DNA of 64,000 bases, from contig JAMWBK010000007.1 in NCBI GenBank assembly GCA_029953675.1, positions 2,148,800-2,212,799 of the forward strand, read 5' to 3'. Below, in pieces: positions 52,734 to 63,532 of this stretch (position 1 is the first letter of the stretch; each line of letters starts with the position of its first letter). The position numbers were made by a program, and so were the translations under genes. The DNA comes from Rhodosorus marinus CCMP1338. Its lineage: Eukaryota > Plantae > Rhodophyta. The notes below the pieces were generated by a model. That model did not search any database, was not told where the DNA came from, and saw nothing but the letters and a program-made list of their open reading frames with translations.

Positions 52734-55700
52734 ATGGATCTACAGTCTTATGTCCTGAAGGAGGGCGGAGACTGGGGCATTTGGCGTACGCGTTTTCGGA
52801 GTTGGCTCCGGCGGTGGATTTCTTTGGAAGGAGGCTCGCTTCCCCTCCGTGGGGGCATTCCCCCAGTCGTCCTTCCTCGTGGAGACCTTCTAGTAGCTGG
52901 AACCATTCTCGATTTCATCTTCACGAGCCTGGCTCGCAACATTCGGGACACAGTCATTTGGGTTTTTCTGGGGGTCATGCCGCGCCTGATTCTGGCCCCC
53001 ATTCACACATCGGAGCGCAGATGGCGAGTACGAGACCGACTGGCCCTGTTCTTGAAGGGAGATTTCGAAGTATTACAGCGCAGCTATTTGGTGTCGTCAG
53101 CACCATCCGCCCGTCGGACTCGGCATGGCACAGTGTCGCCCGTGCCAGCTCGAGTACAGAAATTGGTAGCAGTGAGCGATTTAAGTCGAGCGGCGCGGGT
53201 TTTGGAGGGCCAGGCGCCTGTCCTCCCCTACGATGATAGTCTCGCCCAGACGGTGTCGTCTTTGTTCCCTGAGTCCGACGTGGATTTGTCCCCTGAATTC
53301 GAGGTATTCTTGGACCGTCCGGAGTTGGCCAAGTTTCGCATCGATCTGACGCTCAGTGAGTCTGACCTGGAGGATTTGCTTCGTACCTCGCGTCGGGGAC
53401 GCTGTCCCGGACCCTCCGGACTAATAACAGAGCTATTGCAGGCCCTGAGCCAGCCTGGCAAGAGCGCGCTTCTGAGGATCCTTAACAAGTTGTTCCAGGG
53501 CGTATCGGGTGCGTCTGCGCCATGGGAACATCTACGGCAGGCACAGCTTTGCTTGCTCACGAAACCTGACCACCAGCCGGCCCACCCGCGTCTCCGGCCG
53601 ATCGGGATGGTGGAGAGCCTACGGAAGTTAGCCGGGAGGTGGCTATGCCAGCGCCTTCGCCAGCGCGCCACAGCTTTTATGGCGCCCTTGCAAGTAGGGG
53701 TGGGATTTTCTGGGGGTTGCGAACTGATCACCCATGGGATCGAGCTAGAACGCGCCAGTAGGCCGGAGTGGGGAGTCTTGGTGGTTGATTTCCGGAAAGC
53801 ATTCAACAGCGTGTCGCGGACGCATGCGCTAGAGGTGCTCCAACGTGTGTTTCCGGAGGCGTGGCCGTTTCTATCGGGTATTTACGGAGGGGAGAGCCTC
53901 CCCTACTTGACAACGGAGGGCACTGTTTTTCAAGCACATACTGGCGTCCAACAAGGCGACCCTTGCGGACCTCTTCTTCATGCCTGTGCCCTACAGCTCG
54001 TACTTTTACGTCTTTCGACTGAGGTCTCGGATCTTCGAATCTGCGCGTACCACGATGACGTAACATTGCTGGGCACCCCTGACACGCTGGCTAGGGGACT
54101 GACCGCGATCGAAGCGATTGCACGTCGCGCCGGTTTGACTGTGGAAACAGAAAAATGTCGCTTTCTCCCCGCGAGGGACGTGTCGCTGAACTCTCTGCCA
54201 CCCACTCTGCGACTAATCAGCGAACGTGAAGGGTTCGAACACCACGGCGTCGGATTGGGGACTGACAACTTTGTCCAAGCATCCTGCGAGCGAGTTTTGG
54301 CGCGGCACAAGCAACTCACCGACGCCATTGAGCACCTACCCGATAACATGCTGCAATCGGCCTGCTTGGTTTCCCGCTTTTGTGCCGGTCCCAGACTCAA
54401 CTACTGGTTGCGCAGCCTGCCTCCAGCTTGGGGCTCGTGGATCGCGGCTAAAGCCGACGAAATGACCCTGCAACACTGGGGAACGCTCTTGGATGAGCCT
54501 CTCGATCTTGAAGCTGCTCCCGACAGGGACTTAATTCGTGCGCAGATCGCTCTACCGTTGCGATTAGGGGGATTCGGCGTCGCAGACCGTGGGCTGGTAT
54601 GCTCGCCAGCGGCGGTTGCCTCCTGGGCTACCGCGCTGCGAACGTTGGTGACCTTCCAGATGCGAAGTGCCTGCCTCTTGGCTCGAGCTTTGACCAACGA
54701 GGATCCAGTGACCCTGCCGCCCCCGCTTTTGACAATTTATGATGGTCTTCAACACGCGTTCAGGAGGTGAACGCCGTGGCGGACGCAAATCGGTCCCGCT
54801 TTCGTTCCTGGAGGGAGCTGCTATGGGGACGAGCTGAAGCGATTAAGGATTGTCCCCTCGACCGAGTTCTTGCCGATGACGGAGAGGCTAGCCCCGGGTC
54901 CCCTGTTGCAGACTACCTGGGTTTGAGCCGATTGTGGAGCTCCCGCGCTGATGTGATTCAACATAGCCTCACCTGGGGCCAACACAGTGCCGCTCACACA
55001 GTCATGCTCAATTCTCCTCTCACGCCGCCTACCACTGCCGCTCGTCTCCGCGGCATGGGAGGCCACCTCTCGCACTTGTGGTTAACCACTCTACCGTCGT
55101 CATTGAGTCATCGTCTCGATGCTTTCCAGTTCCGTTCTGCCGCACGCATCTATCTCGGTTTGCCACAGGCTCCGTGGCAGTCTAATCGGCCGTCTTTCTG
55201 TCAGGGATGTGAGAGCCGGATTGACGCTTGTGGCTACCACTTCCTGGGTTCCTGCGGACTGTTGCGAGGTCTCCGTACGAGGCGTCACACTCGCCTCAAG
55301 TGCATCCTCAGCGCATTTTTGACTCGGATCGGGCATACGGTTGAGGTTGAGTCGGAACTGCCCAGATCAATCTCGGACTCTGCACCGCCCCGTTGTATAG
55401 CCGATCTCCTCGTCTCCGACGCTGCTGCCAGACGCTCAACATATGTGGACCTTGCGATTACCTGCCCCGTGGCCAGCGCCCACCTCACCGCAGCCGCCCG
55501 CCGCCGGGGGGCCGCGGCTTCAGCCCTTCGAAGAGTTAAGGAACGACGGTATATGCTGAGAGCATGGCCAGTCTGCCTTGCGCTGAGGGTCGCTCTCACC
55601 GGTTCCAGCCATTCATTGTGGAAAGCTTTGGTCACGTGGATAAGTCGGGTTTAGAGTGGGATCGGAAATGTTTTGCTGAGCATCCTACTGAATATTTGGC

Positions 55701-55806
55701 GCTCTTGAGGCGTTTAAGTGTCTCCCTTTGGCGATATTCCTGCAACATGCTTTCCGAGGCGCGCCATCGGCGCCTGGGGTTGCATGGTTCCCTCCCTAGT
55801 TATTAG
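52734..55806 (+). pseudogene. Element B ORF2: RT plus CCHC plus restriction-like endonuclease, two frameshifts (~54765, ~55550)
   Basis: PGPSG, LRPIGMVESLRKL, VDFRKAFNSV, GVQQGDPCGP, AYHDDVTLLG; CQGC..H...C, RRHTRLK, IADLLV...YVDLAI, KERRY, PFIVESFG. Confidence 0.9.
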
Positions 55807-55852
55807 TTCATCTTCACGCCTTGCGTAGCGCTTCAGGCTATGCTAGTAAAGT

Positions 55853-56512
55853 TCCGAACGAGGCGTCACACTCGCCTCAAGTACATCCTCAGCGAATTTT
55901 TGACTCGGATAGGGCGTACGGTTGAGGTTGAGTCGGAACTTCTCAGATCAATCTCGGACTCTGCACCGCCCCGTTGTATAGCCGATCTCCTCGTCTCCGA
56001 CGCTGCTGCCAGACGCTCAACATATGTGGACCTTGCGATTACCTGCCCCGTGGCCAGCGCCCACCTCACCGCAGCCGCCCGCCGCCGGGGGTCCGCGGCT
56101 TCAGCCCTTCGAAGAGTTAAGGAACGACGGTATGCTGAGAGCATGGCCAGTCTGCCTTGCGCTGAGGGTCGCTCTCACCGGTTCCAGCCATTCATTGTGG
56201 AAAGCTTTGGTCACGTGGACAAGTGGGGTTTAGAGTGGTTGCGGAAATGTTTTGCTGAGCATCCTACTGAATATTTGGCGCTCTTGAGGCGTTTAAGTGT
56301 CTCCCTTTGGCGATATTCCAGCGACATGCTTTCCGAGGCGCGCCATCGGCGCCTGGGGTTGCATGGTTCCCTCCCTAGTTATTAGTTCATCTTCACGCCT
56401 TGCGTAGCGCTTCAGGCTATGCTAGTAAAGTCCAGTAAAGTCCAGTAAAGCCAGCCAGCCAATAAAGCCAATAAAGCCAAGCCAATAAGAACCAGTAAAA
56501 ACCAGATAAAAA
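55853..56512 (+). mobile_element. 5'-truncated B copy (B2, REL region) with a degenerate tandem-repeat tail
   Basis: Near-identical to about 55272-55852; tail of CCAGTAAAG/CCAATAAAG-like units at 56423-56512. Confidence 0.9.
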
Positions 56513-56946
56513 TTCGAGTCAAAGCCTGGGCTGGGGACACGCATCGCGTTACTAGGATTGGCCTTAAGTAAACCCCCAAATGCTCATAAAGGCGATTAGT
56601 TTCGAAAAACTATGTGGCAGTTCTTTGCGATGGGCGCATTGCCAGCCAGGAGTGAGGAACCAGTCAGAGTAAGCTGGGATAGCGGTAGCCAGTCTCTGAA
56701 AGCATATGTATAGTGTGCGAGTGATGCCATTCAACGAACACTAAACGGACGCAAGAGGAGTAGAAACCAAGTAGCTTACTACGCAGGAGATCCGTACTCT
56801 TCGCGAGGCAGATACCTGGCCATGCTCCACGAGCTCTGCCGGATGGTCTTTTGGAACTGGAAGGCCATTGCAAAAGCTGTCCTCAAAAACAAACGGGATG
56901 AGGTTTCTTCGACGTCCGTGAGTGTCTTGCAGAATAGATTCAACTT

Positions 56947-58560
56947 TTAGTGAACAACGTGACCAATGACAGATATGAACAAAAACTTGGGTCTATGTAC
57001 GATTTCAGTGCGTCTGTTCCTTCCGATGGAGCGGGAGATTGCACCATCCCTTTTCTGCTCATCGTTTAGCTCGGCGAATTCTTGCTCAAAGTCCGCGTCG
57101 CTCTCGTTCGGATCAGTCTCACCGTGGTACTCGCCCTGGACGAAATCTGAGTCTTCAGCGACTTTGGCCTCTTGGACCCTGGAGGTCGCCATCTTGAAAT
57201 TGAGTCCGAGCTCACGCTCTCCTCTGTATGACGTTCCCCATCGCATGGCTAGGGCCGACCTTTTCGTGATCCATCCGCCGTGCCACAGCTTATGCTTGAG
57301 GTAGAGGATGGTCCTACCTGACTCTTGCTCCTTAATAGTTTTGTAGAAGTTGGCGGCGCCGCTGCCGGGCTTCGAGAATCCCCAGTTGAAGTTCTTGCTC
57401 TTCGAACCATCGGAGTAGCGGATGTATCCATAACCACTGACCGGTTCATCGACCTTGACCCTGCTGATAAAGCCGAACTGGAAAGGACACATCTTTTTCA
57501 CGACGGGATTGACTGCTCTAAGTACTGAATCTGAGTCGTGAAGATGCGTACCGGCTTGCGGTATCTAACAGTAAAGCATAGCTCGGTCTTCTTTCGGTTG
57601 AAGCTCTTGATGGAGGTGTTGTTCTCAACCCAGTTGGACACCGCGCTGGTATCGCCAAGCCTCGACTTGACAAAATCAATGACTTAGCTCGGTCTTCTTT
57701 TCGTTGATGCTCTTGATGGAAGTGTTGTTCTCAACCCAGTTGGACCGCGCTGGTATCGCCGAGCCTCGACTTGATAAAGTCAATGACTTTGTCAGTGATC
57801 AGTTCGTTGAGGTCGAAGGTGAGCTGCTCCTGGATGTCGGGCCTGCCCAGCTCACCAATAACCGCCTCCTCAACTTCCTTCACCAGGCAACCCTTCAAGT
57901 CGTAGAAGTAGTTGATCACATTGTTCAGCTTGTCGAGCACCCAGGAGTCCGGCTTGATGTCAAAGTCCACCTTGACGTACTTCGGAACCATTTTTGACAA
58001 TCCCTTCCTTCTTCTTGCTGGATTGGAGCTTGAAGTAGATCCTGATGTTGAAGTTGTCCAGCGAGATGTCGTGCTTGAGGAAGTGCGCCTTGCACGGAGC
58101 ATCTGTGCGCGTGTTGCTGCATCCAATTTTTACTTCGGGACCCGCGCTCTCCATGTGAAGCCTCAACACGTTGAGCTGACCCATCTTGGGGTGTTTGTAA
58201 GGGTAGAAATCGATGTCCTGAGTGCAAACGTCCCGGATTTAGACCTCGTACAAACGGTTGAAACCAGGCTTGTTGGGGACCTTCTTGGCCTTCTTCGGAA
58301 GTACCTTCAGCTGGATCCGTTTGCCAAAGGGGAAGACAAGGAAACTTCCGTCCGGATTATACCAGCGATTAGCGATTCCCTTCCACGTTCCCAAGCTGTC
58401 GAGGCACTTGTGGATCGAGTTGAGGTTCTTCGACAAAATTGGATAACAACAGAAGGAAATATTCTGTTTGATATGGTTGCATACATCTCGGAGGATACAA
58501 GATTGTGCAACCTCAACGTTCTCCTCTACCTTGGAATTGTCACGGACGATTAAGTTCCGC
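56947..58560 (-). pseudogene. Orphan gene fragment with frameshifts, stops and a 106-bp tandem duplication
   Basis: Collinear protein-like frames (58560-58239, 58235-57960, 57990-57731, 57501-56947); duplication 57579-57684 / 57685-57788; no family recognised. Confidence 0.55.
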
Positions 58561-58586
58561 CTCAACTGACGGCTTAGTGTAAAAAC

Positions 58587-59258
58587 TCTAATCGGCCGTC
58601 TTTCTGTCAGGGATGTGAGAGCCGGATTGACGCTTGTGGCTACCACTTCCTGGGTTCCTGCGGACTGTTGCGAGGTCTCCGTACGAGGCGTCACACTCGC
58701 CTCAAGTGCATCCTCAGCGCATTTTTGACTCGGATCGGGCATACGGTTGAGGTTGAGTCGGAACTGCCCAGATCAATCTCGGACTCTGCACCGCCCCGTT
58801 GTATAGCCGATCTCCTCGTCTCCGACGCTGCTGCCAGACGCTCAACATATGTGGACCTTGCGATTACCTGCCCCGTGGCCAGCGCCCACCTCACCGCAGC
58901 CGCCCGCCGCCGGGGGGCCGCGGCTTCAGCCCTTCGAAGAGTTAAGGAACGACGGTATGCTGAGAGCATGGCCAGTCTGCCTTGCGCTGAGGGTCGCTCT
59001 CACCGGTTCCAGCCATTCATTGTGGAAAGCTTTGGTCACGTGGATAAGTCGGGTTTAGAGTGGGATCGGAAATGTTTTGCTGAGCATCCTACTGAATATT
59101 TGGCGCTCTTGAGGCGTTTAAGTGTCTCCCTTTGGCGATATTCCAGCGACATGCTTTCCGAGGCGCGCCATCGGCGCCTGGGGTTGCATACTTCCCCCCC
59201 TAGTTATTAGTTCATCTTCACGCCTTGCGTAGCGCTTCAGGCTATGCTAGTAAAGTCC
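58587..59258 (+). mobile_element. 5'-truncated B copy (B3)
   Basis: Near-identical to about 55181-55852; flanked by AGTGTAAAA at 58576-58584 and 59259-59267. Confidence 0.9.
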
Positions 59259-59267
59259 AGTGTAAAA

Positions 59268-60390
59268 GAAGGTACAGTGAGGAGTTGCTGTCGAGGATTG
59301 GAGTTTTGTTTCTTTTTCGGTCGCGAGCGTGTTCGTTTACGGGAAGCGCTTCCTCTGGTACGCCTTCCCCTCGATTTTCCGCGGGGCGTCGTTTGCTTTT
59401 GCAACCACTTCCGTCTTCCGGGTGGGTTTGTTGCGGGGCCTTTCCTATTTGGGTTGGGTTTGGTCGATTATTCTCTCGGTGCGGTTTCATATTGGTGGTG
59501 CAACGTTTCCTTTGCGCATTACCTCAGGATGGTAGGGATATCTCCGCGCTCGACGGAGCCTCATCCCAAGGAGGCACTGCCAGGTGGGGGACTCCGTGTT
59601 CGCCTCAGCTGCGGCACGTTTTCTTCCGAGGTTGACTTGGAAGGCGCTTCTGGCACCCAGGCGCGTGCACTTATCTCCGCTGTCACCAGCCTGATCACGG
59701 CTGCGAGTGATCGTGGAGTGCTCCCTCAGCTCACCCAGAAGCTAGGTGGGCTGGAATCGGGATTGCTGGCCAGGTCAAATTCAAATTCGGACGAGAATTT
59801 GAATTGCCCCAGAGTGGCAGCGTGGGCTGAAGGCAGTCAACATCATGTCAATCAACATGAACCTGTCCCGGGACAGGCGAGGGCGGTTGCTTCTGCGCGG
59901 GACAGTACGACGTTGGGGAGCGGCAGGCCGGGCTAAAACGCGCTTCAGCGCTCGGGGACTCGAGGCAATGGTGGTGGTGACTGTGCGGCAACCAGTGTGG
60001 AGGAGACTGCAGCTGTGGACTTCCCTCTCTTGGACCAGCCCTCAGGTGGTCACCAGCTCCCGGCTACTGCGGGGGCACGTGGTGGCCGCAAGGGGGGGGT
60101 TTCGTACGCATCAGTCTTGCGGAAGGGCACCACTGCCACACGTACGGCGGCTATGCTCTGTTTCCTACCATCTCGCGAGCCTCAGGATGGACCTGTGGAG
60201 ACCACTCTCCAATTTCTGTGGGTGCGAAATGTCCGGCCCCAGACTACACGAGGACAGGTCCCGTCTATGCGAGACTTCCGGGACACTTTTGCGGAATCGT
60301 TAGGGTGCAGCCGGGGTGATTTCTCCTCCGCAAACAATGAGGGCCGCGATGTGCTGTTTTTGGTCTCCGCAACCGCCGCCAAGTACCTGG
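59268..60390 (+). mobile_element. B copy 5' portion (B4), 3'-truncated by telomere repeats
   Basis: Homologous to 51071-52154 with extra upstream sequence; ORF1 has CAA>TAA at 59934; ends at AAGTACCTGG. Confidence 0.9.
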
Positions 60391-60452
60391 GGTTACGTTA
60401 GTCTGGGGTTACGTTAGTCTGGGGTTAGTTTGTCTGGGGTTATCTGGGGTTA
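60387..60452 (+). repeat. Interstitial telomere tract: 2 perfect 16-bp units followed by shortened variants
   Basis: CTGGGGTTACGTTAGTCTGGGGTTACGTTAGTCTGGGGTTA-GTTTGTCTGGGGTTA-TCTGGGGTTA. Confidence 0.95.
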
Positions 60453-60929
60453 TTGGATAAGGTTCGAAATTAAGTTTGTAGGTTTGGTTCGCCTGGGGTA
60501 AAATATGCCAAACACTGGCACTTCCCCTTCGTTTGGGGAGGGGAATTCGAAGAATACCGGTGCAATGAGCGGAATGCTGCCTGCCTCTCCAATTGCTGAA
60601 CGAGAGGACGGGCATGGGTCACATGATGGACTACAAGCGACTACTTTACGCCCAGAAGAACCGTGCCAGGAGGGGAGTCGGACAGAGCCTTCTACGTCAT
60701 CCTCTCCCGCTAACACGTTCCTCCACCAACTTCGAAGCTACGATCAGTGCTATCACGCCCTCGGAATTGGGGAGCAGGACATCGCGAACTTCTACAAAGC
60801 AGTCTTCAATCTCTACTCGCGAATTAACAGTACCACAGAGATACATAATGTCACCAGCCGCCTCACGGAACTTGCACAGAAGCCCCACATGTGGCAAGCT
60901 TCTGCACAGACTTCGAATCCCTCGGGAGC
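60453..60929 (+). mobile_element. Probable 5' end of a retroelement (segment D; 142-aa ORF 60505-60933) ended by telomere repeats
   Basis: The ORF's stop codon is supplied by the following telomere tract; bounded by telomere repeats on both sides; family assignment unproven. Confidence 0.4.
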
Positions 60930-60957
60930 TTAGTCTGGGGTTACGTTAGTCTGGGGT
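60930..60957 (+). repeat. Interstitial telomere tract (28 bp)
   Basis: TTAGTCTGGGGTTACGTTAGTCTGGGGT. Confidence 0.95.
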
Positions 60958-60958
60958 A

Positions 60959-63484
60959 ACCCCAGACTCTGACGAGAGCCTCCTGTCAACGCTGGAACAC
61001 CTACCGTACGCCACAGCCCCCGGGCCGAGTGGACTCAAAGCCGAACATCTGCGAAGTCTCACCATGACAACGCAACCGGTACTTGTACGCTTCCTTCGCA
61101 AGCTTGCCACCACTCCGGAGAGCTTCCCTGACGTGTTTCTCGAAGCCATGCGCAGCAACCGACTCCTCGCGAAAGACAAGCGAACGTCTGCCGAAGCTAG
61201 ACAAGGGTACCCTCTTCGCCTACGCCCGCTAGGGATTCCTGAGGTACTGCGGAAGGCCGTCACCCAATGGACACTTCGCGCTGTCGCCACGCCCCTTCGC
61301 GACTTTCTGCTCCCGGAACAACTCGGCATCTCGGTCAGCGGCGGCTGCGAACACGCTATCCACCTCGCGGAAGCCCACCTCGCAGCGCGCCCAAATGACG
61401 TGCTCCTCAAACTTGATCTCGCAAACGCGTTCAACAGAATCGACCGACGCCTCGCAAACCGTATCATCGAGCTAGCTTTCCCCGAATTGAAGTCGCTTAT
61501 GACAATGAGCTACGGACCACGAGGCGAGAGCGCCCCACGCCAATTCGGATGGCGAGACAGCGATGTCGATGACTGGCTCCAGCTCCGAGCCTGGACTGGA
61601 GTCCAACAAGGCGATCCGCTGGGACCTGCTTTACACGCGCTCGCCCTTTCCCCACTCCTACGAGCACTACGAGACCGGTTTCCGAGGATCACCCTTAGCG
61701 CAATCCACGACGACCTCACCTTACTTGGCCCTCTGAAGGACGTGAAAGAAGCGCTACACTGGAGCGAGCACCACCTCCCCGAAATAGGCGCACAACTTCA
61801 AAGGACGAAATGCGAGCTTTTTGGACTCCAACTGCCGACGACCAGACTCGTCAACAGGGAAATTCCCGACGTACATGTCACCCGGGACGGAATCCAACTT
61901 TATTCCATCCCTATTGGCACACGGACCTACGTCCAAGACGCGAACAGGAAGCTACAACGAGAACATGAAAAACTCGTCCAAGAGGTCATCCGTCTACCGA
62001 CCACTGAGCTACCAATTAAACTGTGCCTATTCCGCTACTGCGCAGGACCGCGTCTAGACTTTGCTCTACGCACGCTCGCCCTACAATACGGAGCCAATCT
62101 CGCACGCGAAGCCGATCGCATCTCGCTCCTGGAACTCGACAAACTGTGCGGCTCGCTCCTCGAAGGCCAGGGCCTCACAGGACCCGCAAAAGACGTGGTC
62201 GAAGCGCAGATCCAGCTCCCTTGCCGATGGGGTGGCGCAGGCCTAGCGATGAGAACACGAATACAACCCCTCGCCTTCTTCAGCAGTTGGCGACAGACTC
62301 TGAAGCTCAATTGGACTGGATCTAGCCACCTAGGAGCGCTACTCGATGCCTGCACATCGACGAACCTGACCGAGCACCATCACATTCGACCCCTGCTCCA
62401 CTCGACGGATCAACTTGGAGCACAACTAATCGAAGCGAGCCTCCACTCAAAACGCTGCCTGGCACGAGGAACACCGGCCCCCATACTTCGCCTAACAGAA
62501 TGGCAATCGTTGGAGAGCCAAGAACAAGCAGAGAACCCGCACACACCACCCGACAGGCCCTTGATCGGTTCAACCCAAAAACTCCTCTCCAACTGGAGTC
62601 ACCGACGGGCATTCGAGGAAATGGTGGAGAACGCGGAGATCAGCGAGACGGCACGTGCGCGAATACGCTCCTGCAAGGGATCAGGAGGGGTACTTGGCTG
62701 CGAGACTTGCCAAGGAAACACGGACGCGGCCTAAGTAGCGGAGAACTGAACCTGAGCCTTCGACAACTGTTGGGATTACCCCTGCCGGGTGTACGAATAC
62801 TTAGTACGTGTACGATATGTTCCCAACCACACGACGCTGCAGGCATTCAACGCCTTCACCACTGCACCAGCTCTACCGGCAGTTGGACAATTCGGCATAA
62901 CATGGTCAGGGACGCCCTGGCGACAGTGCTGAGACAATGGCGACTAGAAGTGACAATAGAACCGACCGGACACTACCAAGGCAGTCGGCTTCGGCCTGAC
63001 ATTCTAGCCCGACACCCACGAACAGGCAAGCTCTACGTGATCGATGTGAAGGTGACCTCGCCTTTGCAAAGAACACACCTCCACAAAGCGTCTTGGGAGA
63101 CCGGGTATGCGGCACGGAAAGCGGAAAAGTTTAAAGAGTCCAAATACCGTGACAGTATCGGAGAACATAACGACGACATCTTCGTCCCCTTCTGCCTGGA
63201 AACATTTGGGCAGATGGGACAACAAGCGAGTGAGTTCCTCAAGGAAGCGACTATACACCTGGATCAGCGGGCAACGCAAGTAAGTGAGGCTCGGGCGATC
63301 TTGAACCGCACTTTGTGGAAAGGAAACGCTATCCTTGCCACCCAGGCACGTCGTGTCGACGAAGCAGACTATGACATCGTCCCTATCTTAGAACGTAGCC
63401 ACACAACCCATTAGGGGTTTCTTTGCTGACCAATAGGATCCTTATTGCTTCTTAATGGGCTCCAATAGGGAGTTCTTCAGTAAA
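60959..63484 (+). mobile_element. CRE-like non-LTR retrotransposon, lineage A/C, copy C (5'-truncated; RT-CCHC-REL with one frameshift; 3' UTR joined to the telomere)
   Basis: APGPSGLKAEHL, LRPLGIPEVLRK, LKLDLANAFNRI, GVQQGDPLGP, AIHDDLTLLGP; CTIC...HHC, IRHNMVRD, RPDIL...YVIDVKV, AEKFKESKY, PFCLETFG; stop at 63414. Confidence 0.93.
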
Positions 63485-63532
63485 GTGTACGCGGTTACGT
63501 TAGTCTGGGGTTACGCAGACTAACGTGTACGC

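Larger units (their letters stand above)
51071..55852 (+). mobile_element. CRE-like non-LTR retrotransposon, lineage B, near-full-length copy B1 (ORF1 plus RT-REL ORF2)
   Basis: ORF1 51218-52702, ORF2 52734-55806, 3' UTR ending GCTAGTAAAGT. Confidence 0.9.

Noticed and set aside
48258-63414. Interpreting the RTs as telomerase (TERT), Penelope-like, group II intron or DGR enzymes
   Set aside because: The motif set (PGPSG, RPI, D..AF, GVQQGDP) and the C-terminal CCHC plus PD-(D/E)xK domain fit REL-type non-LTR elements; no TERT T/CP motifs or GIY-YIG domain
48121-63500. Drosophila-style telomere elongation by retrotransposition onto the chromosome end
   Set aside because: The orientation is opposite (3' ends face the telomere), and a homogeneous simple-repeat array caps the end
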